In this document: piece by piece, positions 1 to 12,387 of the stretch
How the letters are laid out: each line of letters begins with the position of its first letter
How positions within the stretch are numbered: position 1 is the first letter of the stretch
NCBI RefSeq assembly: GCF_009834535.1
Contig: NC_045696.1
Location: 25,670,001 to 25,734,000 of the forward strand
Direction of reading: 5' to 3'
Length of the DNA stretch: 64,000 nt
DNA from: Camelus ferus
Taxonomy: Eukaryota
The notes under the pieces: model-generated
What the model saw: the letters and a program-made list of their open reading frames with translations, nothing else
The model's database searches: none
What the model was told of the DNA's origin: nothing
Position numbers and translations under genes: made by a program

Positions 1-389
1 TGTTTATTATCTCTATCCCTATCTCCTCAGGGGTCCAGTGACTAATTTTATCCCAGGTTCTTTGATTGCAACACTTAGCATGCTTTTCAACACTACACCT
101 CATCAGCTATTATACATGAGCTGTAAAAGACACATTGTAATGAGAGTCAAGGCCAGAATTTTATTCTAGATGATCCTAGAATACATTGTTTTGAATTATT
201 TCATGTGTTTCCTATCTAGGGAAAGGGAAGAGGAACAATGTATGTGTATACTTTCTTAGAGATGTTTAAAAAATTGACAATAAAAATCAAAGTGGTGCCA
301 TTTCCACTTAGAATTTTTCTTATCTCTCCTCCTTTTGGTAACTTTCTTTGTGTGCTGCAGCAACTAGATCAAGTGTACCACATTACAGC

Positions 390-540
390 TCCATGGCAGC
401 TCTTTTACACGTGTGAGGACAATGGTTACATTTTCTTTGAGCCTTCTCTGTGTTTTTTTGCAGACTACCTCATCATCTCTGAGGGACTCTCCTCTAGATA
501 CACTCAAATCTGTGTCAGGTTCTTAAAACATGTGCTTGTT
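390..540 (-). mobile_element. Highly decayed CR1/L3 LINE fragment
   Basis: 'ctcatcatctctgagggactctcctctagatacactc...gtcaggttcttaaaa' resembles the antisense of the mammalian L3/CR1 RT 3' region as recalled; overlaps ORF 238-549. Confidence 0.4.
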
Positions 541-1689
541 TTTATCTAGAAAAAAAAAAACAACACCTGCTGGGTTTATTTGAACAATGAAATGATTTGT
601 AGAACAGTGTAAGCAATCATTTTATATGGTAGCCATAAGTGACATTGAAAAAATTGTGGCAATTTTCTTATTAAGTCTGTTTTTCTTAATAATGGCATTG
701 TTTGAGTATATGTAATTTTTAACTGATATCTCTATCTTTCATAGAATTTTTAAAGTATAGTTTTAATTGTAGTGTACTGAGTCACATTTGACCAAAGAAA
801 ATGGAGAGAATTTGTGTTAATATTATAACTTAGAGAAATCTACTTTTATACTTTGTCATAAATAGATGAATAAAACTGTATTTGAATGGTAGTTGATTAC
901 ATTCAAAAATTAAACTAGAGTTAAGAATTTTAAATGAAAAGGAATCAAGGATTTTATTTCTTTGAATACTACTCTTTATAATTGATCTTTGCTGTTACAT
1001 TTTACTATCAAGGAGATTTTCTAAAACACGAGTAAAACCTAGCACATTTTTAAGCATTATAGAAAAGAAAATTTCAGTCCTTGTCAGTATCCTGTGTAAA
1101 GAGCTTGTCAATATGCATTGTAAAAATAGTTGAATCCATGCAAGTAGAATACTCAAACATCTTTAATATATCTAGTTTGGATAAATTAAAAATGTATTGT
1201 CTCTCTGAAATTAGCTTGTGGGTTTTAAATTTAACCCAGGTGTCAATTTAAATTAATATTTGATTTTTGGAGGGAAGAATGAAAAGCATTTTATAGATTT
1301 AGGGTCTGCTTTGGAAACTCCATTCCCTATGTTAACAGGAGAGAATTATTGGCTAAACTCTATCTAAATGAGTTGCTATAGGGACGTCAACTAGCATCTT
1401 GAACTCCTATTCATCCCCATTTTTTTTTTTATTTCTGAAACCTGGTGATACCTTTCAATCCATATAAATTTAATGTGGCAGCACATTTACCCTAAATGTT
1501 TGTTAACAAATTAATAGAAAGTCCTAAAATTGAAGTCAAGACATTGGATTTTTGTCTCTTCCCCACCTTGGCTTGATTTCTAAATAATATGTATTAAAAT
1601 GTTATTTGTATAAAAATAAATAAGTTGAAAATAACAGAAGAAAATATAAGTGATGATTAATATTATGCTCTATTGATACTTATTTCTAA

Positions 1690-1960
1690 GCCTAAAATTA
1701 AAAACAATAATCACAAAGGAAAATATTAATTGATTTGCCTTATGTACAAGAAAGCATCTTAAAAACATTTTAAAGTATATATATTTATTTGTAATACATA
1801 TGACATGCTTGATATACAGGAAGTTTTAAAGATCAATAAAATATGAATAAATATTAAAAATAACAAAATACTACATAAAATATAATTAATATGGAAATAA
1901 TTCAGTCTCACTAGAAATCAAAACAAAAGTATGTATGTTTTCATCTACTTTTAAATTTGT
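1690..1960 (+). mobile_element. Very old L1 (L1ME/L1M-type) ORF2 3' remnant
   Basis: A-rich segment with 'cacaaaggaaaatattaattgatttg', 'aaagatcaataaa' and 'ttcagtctcactagaaatcaaa', typical of decayed L1 ORF2 ends. Confidence 0.4.
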
Positions 1961-1984
1961 TAATATTTATAACATTCAGGTGTG

Positions 1985-2380
1985 TTTTATTTTATTTTTA
2001 TCTTTTATTGAAGTATAGTTGATGTATGATATTGTAAGAGTTACAGGTATACAGTATAATAATTCACAAAATTTAAAGGTTATACTCCATTTATAGCTAC
2101 TATAAAACATTGGCTTTATTACATGTGTTGTACAAGTATCTTTGTAGCTTATTTTTTACATGATAGTGTGTACTTCTTAATCTCCTACTTCTATGTTGGC
2201 CTTCCCCCGTCCCTACTGGTAACCACGGGTTTATTCTCTCTGTCTGTGAGTCTCCTTCTTTTTTGTTATATTCACTAGTTTGTTGTATTTTTAGATTCCA
2301 CATATAAGTGACATCATACAGGATTTTTCTTTCACTGTCTAATAGCATTATATCCTCCAGGTCCATCCATGTTGCTGAAA
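1985..2380 (-). mobile_element. 5'-truncated L1 3' end (cetartiodactyl L1_Art-like)
   Basis: T-rich tail, then 'ttttattgaagtatagttga...tttagattccacatataagtgacatcatac...ggtccatccatgttgctg'; minus ORF 2100-2366 (MDLEDIML...KILYDVTYMWNLK) resembles the L1 ORF2 C-terminus. Confidence 0.9.
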
Positions 2381-2504
2381 CTCAATGTGATTATTCTTAA
2401 TCTGCAATTTGTGCCCTACCAATGGGTCATGAAATCAATTTCTTTTAAAATTAAGTTGCGTAGAATAGGAGAGAATAAATTGAAAAATATCAGGGTGCTT
2501 TCCT

Positions 2505-2790
2505 TGCTGTGTCCTGCCCTAAACTGCTCATAGTTTAGTGGATGAAATAAAGGTATGATCAGAAATTCTGACTTGGGTAGAATTTATCATAAAAGGATGT
2601 AGGTATAGATATTCCAGGCAGAAGGACCCATATGAGGAAAGGCATGAAGACTGAAATAAAAACAAGAACACATATCATTAGATGTTCAAGTTTTAATGGC
2701 AGGGCATAGGCCAAACTATGTGCCTTGGAAAGATGACTGAACTTTTATCCTGTAGAGAGTAGTGGAGCATCAAGAATGTGATATTGAGAT
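2505..2790 (-). mobile_element. L2 LINE fragment
   Basis: 'gtcctgccct...ctcatagtttagtgg', 'attccaggcagaagga...aaaggcatgaag' and 'aacttttatcctgtag' match antisense L2 3' region motifs. Confidence 0.6.
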
Positions 2791-3007
2791 TGTGGGTTAT
2801 TGGTGGTCACTAGATAAGGCCTTGGTGGGACAGGCTGAAGAAGGCGTAGTCTTGGGGATGTGGCCATGGTAGACACCTGTGATACATTTTTTCCCCTCTA
2901 AATCAGTCTTGAATGTCCTAACGTGCCCCCAGAGGAGGAGGTGTTAGGTAGACTGGAGTTAAAGTACACTTAGTACTTGCCCTTAAAGAATTAGGATTGT
3001 ATTATAG

Positions 3008-3308
3008 AGTGTGTTCCTCAGAGAGATAAGTTCGGCAAGATATTGCTAGGTTTGCAATGAAAATGGAGTTCCGTGTCACTGAAAAGTCAAACTTCATCAG
3101 ATAAAACCTGGGTTAGAGGAAGTTAAATGTATTTCTCTACTGAATATAAGAAAGAGTTTAATATACTAATTTGCAGTCTGAATCTTTAAAAGAATATAGT
3201 ATGCATATTTTTAAAGAACTTCTCAAGCTATAGAGATTACTGGTTTATTTGTTTCTAAGTAACATCTCATAGGACTATGATTCCACCGAACACACTTTGC
3301 AAAACACT
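3008..3308. mobile_element. Old hAT-Charlie DNA transposon (MER112/MER113-like)
   Basis: Ends 'agtgtgttcc...' and 'ccaccgaacacactttgcaaaacact' resemble Charlie-type subterminal/terminal inverted repeats. Confidence 0.4.
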
Positions 3309-5609
3309 TAGAATACAAAGACAGGGAAAACTGAAAATCCATAGTTGGTCAGTGAAGAATTCATAATGGCATCAAAGTAAACAAATATATTAATATTTAT
3401 AGTTTGGTTATTAAGAGTTAAGCAAAACACCTTTAAACATTTTTTAAAAGATAGATGTAACATGTATACACACACACAAATCATTCTCAGATTTTTATTG
3501 AATGTATGGACAAAGAAGCCAAAGACTTAGGTGGACAGAGAACTACTTTTCTGGGAAAATTAATTGGGAAGACAAATCAAGGAAAGAAAGAAAAAATATA
3601 AAGCTTAGAATTATTTGTCTTTACTCGTTTTGTTATTATTTCCCTTTACCTCCAAAAAAAAAAAAATTGATGGTGTGAGCAAGAAGGAATGTAGTTTTAA
3701 ATATTTTAAATCAATTTTTGTTTGTCTTGTTTCATTTATAGAGCCATAATTGAAAGCTTATATTTTATTCTGTTATTTTTAATATGCCTTATTATGCATA
3801 GTAAAAATGCTGATCTTATGAAGTATAAATCCCGTACAGTTATACTTTTAGTCAAACTACCAATATGTGCCCAGAATAATGCTTCCTTAGTTTTCCTCTT
3901 ATAATTGATGAATTTTGGGAAGTCAGGGTTCAGGGCTCATTTGAGCCAACTATCAAGTAAGTGGTTGTTTGAGCTATTTTTTAAATAATTGTTTCAAAGG
4001 GAAAAAAACTTCCAGATTTAGATATTCGATAATTTACATGTGATTTGTGGCAAACACTATGGGTCACATACTGGAAAAGTGTCAAAGGAGAAATCATGTG
4101 TTGTTGAAAAGTAAAGAACTCTCCAGTATCTTCTGTTCTTATTTTAACTTTTTTCATTAAAATTTTCCATGTCTCACTTATATGACAGTAACCAGCAGGG
4201 GCTGCTCTTAGCATTACAGGCAAACTGATTTTCTCTGTAATAGAATTATTTTCCATCCTTGTTCTGAATAAAACGGAAACACATTTAGCTTGTTGAGCAT
4301 TTTACAGTAAAACTACTAGCCTTTTCTTCTTCTGATTATTTTTTTGTTTTTTTGTTTGTTTGGCTTTATACTTTGTCCTTAAGCTTACCCTGTATAAATT
4401 AGTGAAATTAGTACTACTTCTTACAGATCTTTGTAAAATTTTTAATTGGTGCAGATATAATAATAAAAGGCAAATTAAGGAATATATGTTGAAAAGATAT
4501 ACTGTGCATTTTTAATAAAAATATCAAGAGAAAGAAAATATACTTTCATTAATAGTTGTGATTTCAAATAAAAGCTGGCTTTCCTTAGGGCAGTTCACAG
4601 TAATACTCAAAGCAATTTAGTTTTTTTCTGTTTTTAAGTGAGTTTCTTCTCCCTAAGTCATTGAAGAAAATAGAATATAAGATGGTTTCCTCTAATGGCT
4701 TTTGAAGGTGTACTTGAAAAGATACAGAAATAATCTGTGTATTAATACCTGGACAGAAGTGGTTTTATTTGTCAAAGGTTGACTGCACTATATTCATTAA
4801 AGTTGCTACACAGGAGTGTAACCATTCACAGTTCCTGAACTGTGCTGTGATTTCCCCAGTCTTGCTGGTCTTCTGTGTTTTATTTATGTCCTGGCTTTTC
4901 TGGAGAAGCTCCAAATAGTTGAATAAATCACCTGTCTTATGATGTTAAAGTATTATAACTAAGAAAGTCTGATTACTTGAGATAATGCTGCTGCTATTAT
5001 TATTTCCAATTAAGAAACACACTGCTGCTCAAATGCTATTAAGACTTTCCAAGTGCCCAAATCATACTTTTGGATTAGACCTCCCTTTTAATAACTCACT
5101 CATAGACACCTCAAGGTTATTGCTAATAACATGTTTAAGATAGTCAAATTTGACACTCAGCACTAATTAGGGAATTTGGTACTTTATCATTACATGTACT
5201 CATTTGGGTATCAGCTTGTGACACAAGTGTGTGAGAGATGGGGAGAGATGAGGAGAATTACAAAGGAAGTTCAGAGGTTTTAAAATTTAATGGAGAAAAT
5301 ATTGAGCATGAATGTATCCAATTCGAATTCTATACAAGTAAGAGCCTTTAAATGAAAAACTACAAATGCCATTCAAGTATTCACATTACATAAAATTTAT
5401 TTCTTATATCTCTGTACATTATAAACTTTTTCTGTAGTCAAATTTCATGAGGAAATTAAACACATTTTATGATTAGCTAACTTAATTTTATGTTTCTTGG
5501 AAATTGAAAATTGGTCTTTCTTTTTATATTCAGATTATTGATTACAAGAATCCTTCAATGAAATGAATCCTAAGAAATATCAAAACCTATATATTTTGGT
5601 GCCTAGTCT

Positions 5610-5725
5610 TTATTCATTTCTTCACTGAATATTAAACAGTTTCCATGGGACAGGCACTTTCTAGGTTCTAGAAGTGCTCATTCAAAAAGGACTCATTTTT
5701 TACCTTTGAGGAGTTTATCAGTTCT
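5610..5725 (-). mobile_element. L2 3' end fragment
   Basis: 'tattcatttcttcactgaatatt...caggcactttctaggttctag...cctttgaggagttta'. Confidence 0.55.
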
Positions 5726-7458
5726 TGTGTTATTCTGGAATCAGTAAGTTTTGTAAGAGAAGTGTCCAGAGACTGTTAAGAGAGTCTAGCTAAGAAACTA
5801 CTACCCTAGAGTAAAAGTCAGTAAGCATAGGTACGTGGGGAGTTATAAGTTCATTTTCAAATTTTATCCTCAGAAAAAGGCATATATGAAGATTTATGCT
5901 AATAATATCCAGATTAAGATAAAGAGATAGCTGAAGCATCAATAAAATGGTGTTAGAAAGCTAGTTACATTTCAAGATGTAGTCTTACCTCCACACTTAT
6001 TTCCTGATCTCACTCTCATCTCCTCTAAGGCCAAATATTTGCTTTCTCATGACCCCATCGCCAGTAAACTGTAACTTCCTTGTTTTAATGACTGTATCTC
6101 TTTTTAACTATAAATGAAGCATTTAGAATAATGATTAGTACATAATCGTCCTCAAAGAGTGATTGAATTAATCAATGACTTTGATTTCCATTTCGTCTGT
6201 TTGGGTTACTCTTTCTACTTTATATCTACATTATTTGTGGGGAAATCAGTTTTTCCTCTTTAAATTTGCTTGGATTAGATCTGAAGATCTGAAAAGTTGA
6301 AATACAAAAACTCCCTAATCCAACCATTGTATCCCTTTTTCTGGATACATAATCAGCATGAAGGGCGACTACCCTACTCACCCAGTGATAGGGAAAGTAA
6401 GAAATTTATGATAAAATTGAGAATTTCTTTATTTGAATACCCTATATATAGCACTGATTATTAATTAACTATGAATATATAAAATTGGAATCCAATAATA
6501 ACAGTACTTATCTAATAGTCTTAGGCCATAAGCTATGAAAATACAAGTTTGATCTTCATGGTCTATTGGCCAGACTTAGGAAGAAACTCTTGAATCAATC
6601 AGACATGTTACTGGATTTTTTTACTGTTTGAAAATGTTTCTGGCTATAAAATATAAAGGCTTTTAATTATCAATATGAGAAATAATTGAAATCATGGGAC
6701 AATAATCATAAAATAATAATCCACAATAGAATATTTATAAAACATTTGTACAGGAGAAAGTATGAAGTGATGGGTTGTTTGACATTTTGCTCCATTCCTA
6801 AATTTGGGAAAATATTAAAATAAACTAGAATAGAGTATATCCATAGTCGTAACTCTGGACGTGCTATTGCAGTAAGCTTAGAATTGAATTTTTTTAGTCA
6901 GTGAAAATGGAGTTTATTTTCCATAGTCATAATATTACAATATTTCAAAATGTTTAAAGATTCAAAAGGAAGAAAATGCAGTGGATACAGTTGCCACAAT
7001 TTCCATGATAATTTCACTAAGCCAGATAATCCATTTGAGTTAACACAGTCCTTTATTTTTAATTATCTACTTTCTTAGTGTTTTCCTAACTGGGTAGTAG
7101 ACAGGAGTACTCCACCTATGACCACAGGTGATGCCAAGCTGTTCCCAGGGAGCTTTACAACCTGTTTAGATCCTAAATAGGTCTGCCCACAGGAGGATAT
7201 AGTCTTGCCCTGCAAAGCCATGTGGTCTTGTTGAAGGAGGCAGAGGGGTTTTTTGTTAAGTTTTCTGATTACAACAGCAGCTTCTCAGTTATATACAAAG
7301 ACTGCAGCCAAGTGGAAAGGAAGTGGGGGAATTATTAGTGATGATAGATAAGAGAGCTTGGTACATAAGCCATTTGGGTCTGATCACATTTATGTACAGA
7401 GACCTTGGAGATTATGGTTGCTAAACTCTCAAGTAATTGCAATTATTTATATTTTTGT

Positions 7459-7645
7459 AGTGCTTTGAATTTTGCAAGACATTTAAGAGAATTTTTTTTT
7501 TCTTTTCATGCTATGCACACAAAAGCTCAGTAAGGGAGGTAGGGTGATTGTCCCTATTTTGCAGATAAGAAAATGGAAATAAAGAGAGGTTAAATTTAAT
7601 TCAAGTTCACAAGGAAGTTATTAGGTCTTATAGTTCTAATCCCAT
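7459..7645 (-). mobile_element. MIR SINE
   Basis: 'tccctattttgcagataagaaaatggaaataaagagaggttaaatt...caagttcaca' is the antisense MIR core. Confidence 0.75.
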
Positions 7646-7895
7646 GTACATGGGCTCACAGTCTGTAAAAGGCAATTGCATGAGGCCCAGAGGCCTAGAA
7701 CTCTTGGGCTGGTCACTAGAAATAAAGATAGGAACAATTTAACTGGAAGGAAAAGAAGACTGTATATAACTTCAGATCCTTAATCATGCTAGTCCTCTTC
7801 TGTGTTTGAGTTACATGGAAACTGTGTGATCACCAAGAAAGAAAGGGATGGGTTGATGTTTCTACTGCTTGGGATTGGTGGCCTTCGCCTGACTT

Positions 7896-7912
7896 GCACT
7901 TCCAGGAAGTGC
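7896..7912. promoter_or_regulatory. Palindromic STAT (GAS)/ETS site GCACTTCC-A-GGAAGTGC
   Basis: Perfect 8-bp inverted arms around 1 nt; contains TTCCNGGAA and two GGAAGTG cores. Motif only, function untested. Confidence 0.4.
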
Positions 7913-8589
7913 CACAATGTAATGAGAATCATCAGTCTTAGCCTTATAACTACAGCACTTCTAGAAGATGAAGAATTGATCACTTACAGAAAAATAGTCT
8001 ATGTTATTTAAAACCCAGCTAGCAAGTTTCTTTGTTAATAAGATAAATCATGCTTATCTTTTTCTGAAACACTTAATGAAAGGAGTGATTCAATTGTCCA
8101 GAGAGGGAAGAAGAAAATAAACATAATAAATGACATATATTTACACAAATGAGTTTTTAATTCTCATCCAAAGAGAGATGATTAAACTTTCTAAGCCATA
8201 GAGAGATTTCACTCAGCAGGCAAGGGTAAGAATGGTAAGAACTAGACCTGATTAACCAGCATCCCTAGGGATGCTGTCTGCTCTTTCCCTAGTAAGGGTA
8301 CAGGGACAAAATCTGTTAAAGACACAATTTGTAAAAGAACAATAAGCTTCTTCTAAGGGAGAACCGGAATTATAAAAGCAGATAGAATTAGGGAAGGGTG
8401 ATCTCTTCTGTTCTAACACTTTCATTCTCTTTGTCCATTTATCCCCTTTTCCCACCTACTTTTCCTGACAAATTTGCCTAACTCCTGATTTTTCCAGGAT
8501 TATCTTGTCACATTCACTAGAAACACTCACCTAACACTACTACCCATGGCCAGCCCAATGGCTGATTAATCTATTGCTGTCAAACTTAA

Positions 8590-8714
8590 CTTAATTGTCT
8601 ACTGTTTACTTCTCTGTTTGCCCTATACATTTTCTAGAGATAATTGTGTCTTCATCATTTGGTTTAGTGCCTAACTCGGACTAATTGTTCAATAGATGCT
8701 TGTTTAAATAATAA
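8590..8714 (+). mobile_element. L2 3' end
   Basis: 'tgtgtcttcatcatttg...tagtgcctaac...tcaatagatgcttgtttaaataataaa' resembles the L2 terminus. Confidence 0.5.
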
Positions 8715-9511
8715 AGATATAGTGTTCTAATATTTTATTAAAGGCACACTAGAAACAGAACCTTAAAATTTAACTTGGTACAAAAGGAAATAAACTGATT
8801 TTTAAATTATCTGTTGTCAAGACACCTAAAATTTATACTGACAAAGAAAAGTATGTACATAATTTTATTCAATGGGGAAAAAAGTAATATCCATTCCTGT
8901 GGCACTGTTAACATTTAATGCCTTTAATTGAAAGTCATTATCAGGAATGTCTCCTATTGAACAATAGGGAGGAGATCTTCAGGACTATATAAACAAAACT
9001 TGCCCTATTCTGAAATGGAGAAGTTTTCCTCAGGGTTAAAGTTCATGGATGTGATGTGAGACCTCAAAGGTATATTCTCAGGTTTTGTCCTTGATCACCA
9101 TACCTCTCATTCATCTTTACAACTCTCTTCAAGAAAGTACCTTTACTCTTTCTAGTGCTTTGAAAGATCAAGCAATGTTCTTGTTTCTCCAGAAATTCCC
9201 TAAGGAGCTAAAACTTTCCTACCTAGCTCTTGAGGATTGCATCAACCCATCACCTTCTCATTAGTCGCATCTCTCTGTTGAGAAAATGAAACCTCCCTGG
9301 TCAAAGCTGATACAGAGACATTTGATTGATATAAGCCTTAACACAATACACCATCATGTCTGTTGGCAGTTGACTTTATTGTCCACTGATGTCTATTTTC
9401 AATTAAAAAAAAATGAAGATCACACACTAAGGAATTATACTGGGAAAGGCTTCAAATATAAAAATACATTTCTGTGTTTCTATTAAACAAAAGACACTAT
9501 TAAAAAGTAAT

Positions 9512-9575
9512 TGTGTGTGTGCACGTGTGTGTGTGTGTGTGTTTCGCCCTACATACACACACACACACACACACA
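9512..9575. repeat. Inverted microsatellite pair (TG)n-ttcgccct-(CA)n
   Basis: TG tract 9512-9542, 8-nt spacer, CA tract 9551-9575, read directly. Confidence 0.95.
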
Positions 9576-9739
9576 AAGGACTTGTCTGTGCACTTTGCTG
9601 TATGTATTAAGCACAGAGCACACATATTGCTCTAAAATGGATGTCAAAGTAGTTCATTATCTCTTGAGCTATCCTTTGTGTAAGGCAACTATCAACTAAA
9701 AAGATTGTAAGTTTAAATTATATTTACTTTTCAGATCTC

Positions 9740-9900
9740 AATCATGTTAAAACTAGAAGGAATTTTAAATGCTGAGTCAAATTTTCTCATCTTTCAAATA
9801 AAAAAAAATTGAAGCATAGATAGCCAAGTGGTTTGCCAAAGTCAAATCTAGTAAATAGAAAAGTTAAAACCAGGAGTCATCTTCTATTTTTTGTCCTATA
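9740..9900 (-). mobile_element. MIR3/MIR-type SINE fragment
   Basis: 'aactagaaggaatttta...ctcatctttcaaata...ttgaagcataga...aagtggtttgccaaagtca...ctagtaaatag'. Confidence 0.55.
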
Positions 9901-10095
9901 TTTTCCTAATGATACTTTCTTCCTCCAGTCTATACTAAACATTACCCAGGCCCTGAAGTCCAATCAAAGTCAGAGCTAGTAAATAGAAAAGTTACAACAA
10001 GAGTCATCTTCTAATTTCTGTGCTATATTTTTCTAATGATACTTTTTTTTTCTCCAATCTATACTAACATTACCCAGGCCCTAAAGTCTAATCAA
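9837..10095 (+). repeat. Diverged tandem duplication, period 128 bp, 2 copies
   Basis: 'caaagtca...ctagtaaatagaaaagtta...gagtcatcttcta...ctaatgatacttt...ctatactaa...cattacccaggccct..agtc.aatcaa' begins at both 9837 and 9965. Confidence 0.95.
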
Positions 10096-10571
10096 GTGTA
10101 TAGGTCTTATATTTGGTGACATAATTTGATTAACTATCAAAATTTAAACAATAAAGAATGCAAATTTTTTTTACAATTTTAGTGCTTTTTCCCTTATATC
10201 ACTGTTTCTCTTTAATCATGAGTTACTACTATGAGGTGGATATTTTTGGAATGTTCCTATAAAATTTAAGAGTGCTAGACTTAAGCACTTTTTAATTCAT
10301 ATTTGAGGTTGACAATTTAAGAGGCAATAAAAGTGACAGATGCAGTTGTGGGTTTGTCTATAAAAATATTGAAGAATGATACAATATCTAACACATAGTT
10401 GAAGCTCTGTAAAACTCTGTTAAACGTATGTATTCATTAAGTGGGTGCAGAAACATGAAAAGCAATCATGTATTCAACTGAACCATGAATAGTAAATGGA
10501 GTTTCTGAAATATCTTTCTCCTGGGAACAAGGATTTCTACAGGATATTTTTGTGTTTGGATTTGTGTATGT

Positions 10572-10735
10572 GAGACATAGCATGGAGTACTGGAAGGTGA
10601 TCAGCTATATTGGGAGTTAGATACTTGTATTTCAGTCTATTTTTGTTGTAACTACCTAGAAAGGTTGCCTGTCTTTTTTGGGCCATGACTTTGTAAACTG
10701 TAAAGTGAAGAATTTGAAATCAAGGGGATCTTTTA
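10572..10735 (+). mobile_element. MIR3/MIR SINE
   Basis: 'agcatggagtactggaagg...ttgggagttagatacttgtatttcagtc...ctgtaaagtgaag'. Confidence 0.55.
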
Positions 10736-10772
10736 TCAACAATGGGTGCAGAATTCTCTTTACTTAGTCCCT

Positions 10773-10815
10773 TGTATTAGTTTATTATAAGGCTGCCAGA
10801 ACAAACTACCACACC
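10773..10815 (-). mobile_element. MLT1 (MaLR) LTR terminal fragment
   Basis: 'tgtattagttt...ggctgccagaacaaactaccaca' is the antisense MLT1 3' terminus. Confidence 0.55.
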
Positions 10816-10817
10816 CT

Positions 10818-10950
10818 AGTTCAGCTCTGCCACCTTCAAGCTGTGTGATCTTGAATAAGTTACCTCCCCTCTTTAGGCTTCAGAATTCTCATCCATAATA
10901 TGGCCAGTCTGAACCAGACTGCCTTTTAAATTCAATCCAACTCGGACATG
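10818..10950 (+). mobile_element. MIR SINE
   Basis: 'cagctctgccaccttcaagctgtgtgatcttgaataagttacctcccctct...cttcagaattctcatc' is the MIR core. Confidence 0.8.
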
Positions 10951-12256
10951 TGGAAGAAAGAAGATAAATGAATACAGGTTCCAAGGAGATGGTAGAGAAA
11001 GCAAAAAGGTGGAGAGGCCATCATGGAATAGAATAAAGCTGACCTGTGGTACTCAAACCAAGATATCCGTTCCTTCAGTGATTTGATCTGGGGAATATGA
11101 TTCTAATAATAAAGTCTTATTCAAACTATAAGTTTTGGGTGGCTTTTTAAAAAATTTAAACACTTATGACTATACTAAAATAGACTCTTTCCAAATTACT
11201 GAAAATATTATCCTCTCTTTACCCTTGTAAAATAGTTTACTATTACTCACAGGCTGATTTAGCCTCTGAATTTTTTTAATAGGCACACCATGGCTAAAAA
11301 CAAATATCTGGTTTTAAAAGAGAATGTGTTTTTTAAAAGAAAGAACAACAAAATGCCAAGAACACTTCTATAGCCAGCTTCCTGCTTTGCGTGCTTCAGG
11401 AAAAGGCTAGTAAAAAACAGGTGTCACTAATCACCATGCAATCTGGGATCTCCAGTTAGAGGTGGAAAGAACCTCAACCAGCTGCTTGCTCCTCTGATTT
11501 AAAAATTCCTTCATATTAAACCCTTAACCTTTCGCTCTTATACTCTCTCATGTTTTGTAATTTTTTGTGTGTGGGTTTGGGGAAATGAATGGATTAGCAG
11601 CATTTTACCTCTGAGTCAGTAAGTTAATTAAAGAGCGTGTATATAAAATGAAATAATGAATTATTTAGCTGATAACAAACATGATATAAAATTCCATTTA
11701 GTGGATAGTCAATTTCATTAGTTTTAGAATCATATGTATTATTTTTAATGCAGTTCAAAAATATTTAGTATTTGCAGATTTATTTTTCATGTGGTATGTG
11801 TGTGTTCTACAACTATATTTTTTATACTTTATGGAATATTTTAAATACCTGATTGAAGACCGGTGCAGTTTGTTGAAGAAGGAAATGATACAGCTACTGA
11901 ATCAGGAAGACATAAAAGGCTGAATGGTCTCTAGCATTTTTCTTTCCCTTTTTCTCTAACTTGGGATAGTCTCTGACCTTTTTAAGAGTATCCTTTTCAA
12001 AGTTAATTCATTTTATCAAATCACTCCAACTAGGGAGCAATTTGTTAAACACCAGTAGCATTGGACAGACCTTCCTAACCCTCAATTAGTATGTCTCTTT
12101 CAGAAGGAAGAACTTTCTATAAGGCATATACTATTATTTAATTCAAGCTGTAAGGAAAAGACCACTCCCAAGTAAGAGTTCAGATTAGTGTTAGTTCTGT
12201 TTCTTTCATTCACCAATTCAACTTTATTAGCATTTGTCACATATGTCATCTGTGTA

Positions 12257-12387
12257 CAGGATGACCATACATTCAGATTTTCTCAGGAAAGTCCCTATTT
12301 AAGCCTGCTGCCCTGCCATCTGTCTGGTGATTATTCCCTTTTGCTCTCAAAATGTCCTGGTTTGAAAAGTAAGCTACGTGGTCCCTT
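12257..12387. mobile_element. hAT-Blackjack MITE (MER94/MER81-like)
   Basis: TIR-like ends 'caggatgaccata' and 'tacgtggtccct', internal 'ctctcaaaatgtcctggtttg'; about 130 bp. Confidence 0.7.

Noticed and set aside
238..549. 103-aa ORF
   Set aside because: No recognisable domain; overlaps a probable antisense L3/CR1 relic.
7789..8011. Overlapping ORFs on both strands (69 and 64 aa)
   Set aside because: Non-ATG starts, no recognisable homology, no convincing splice context.
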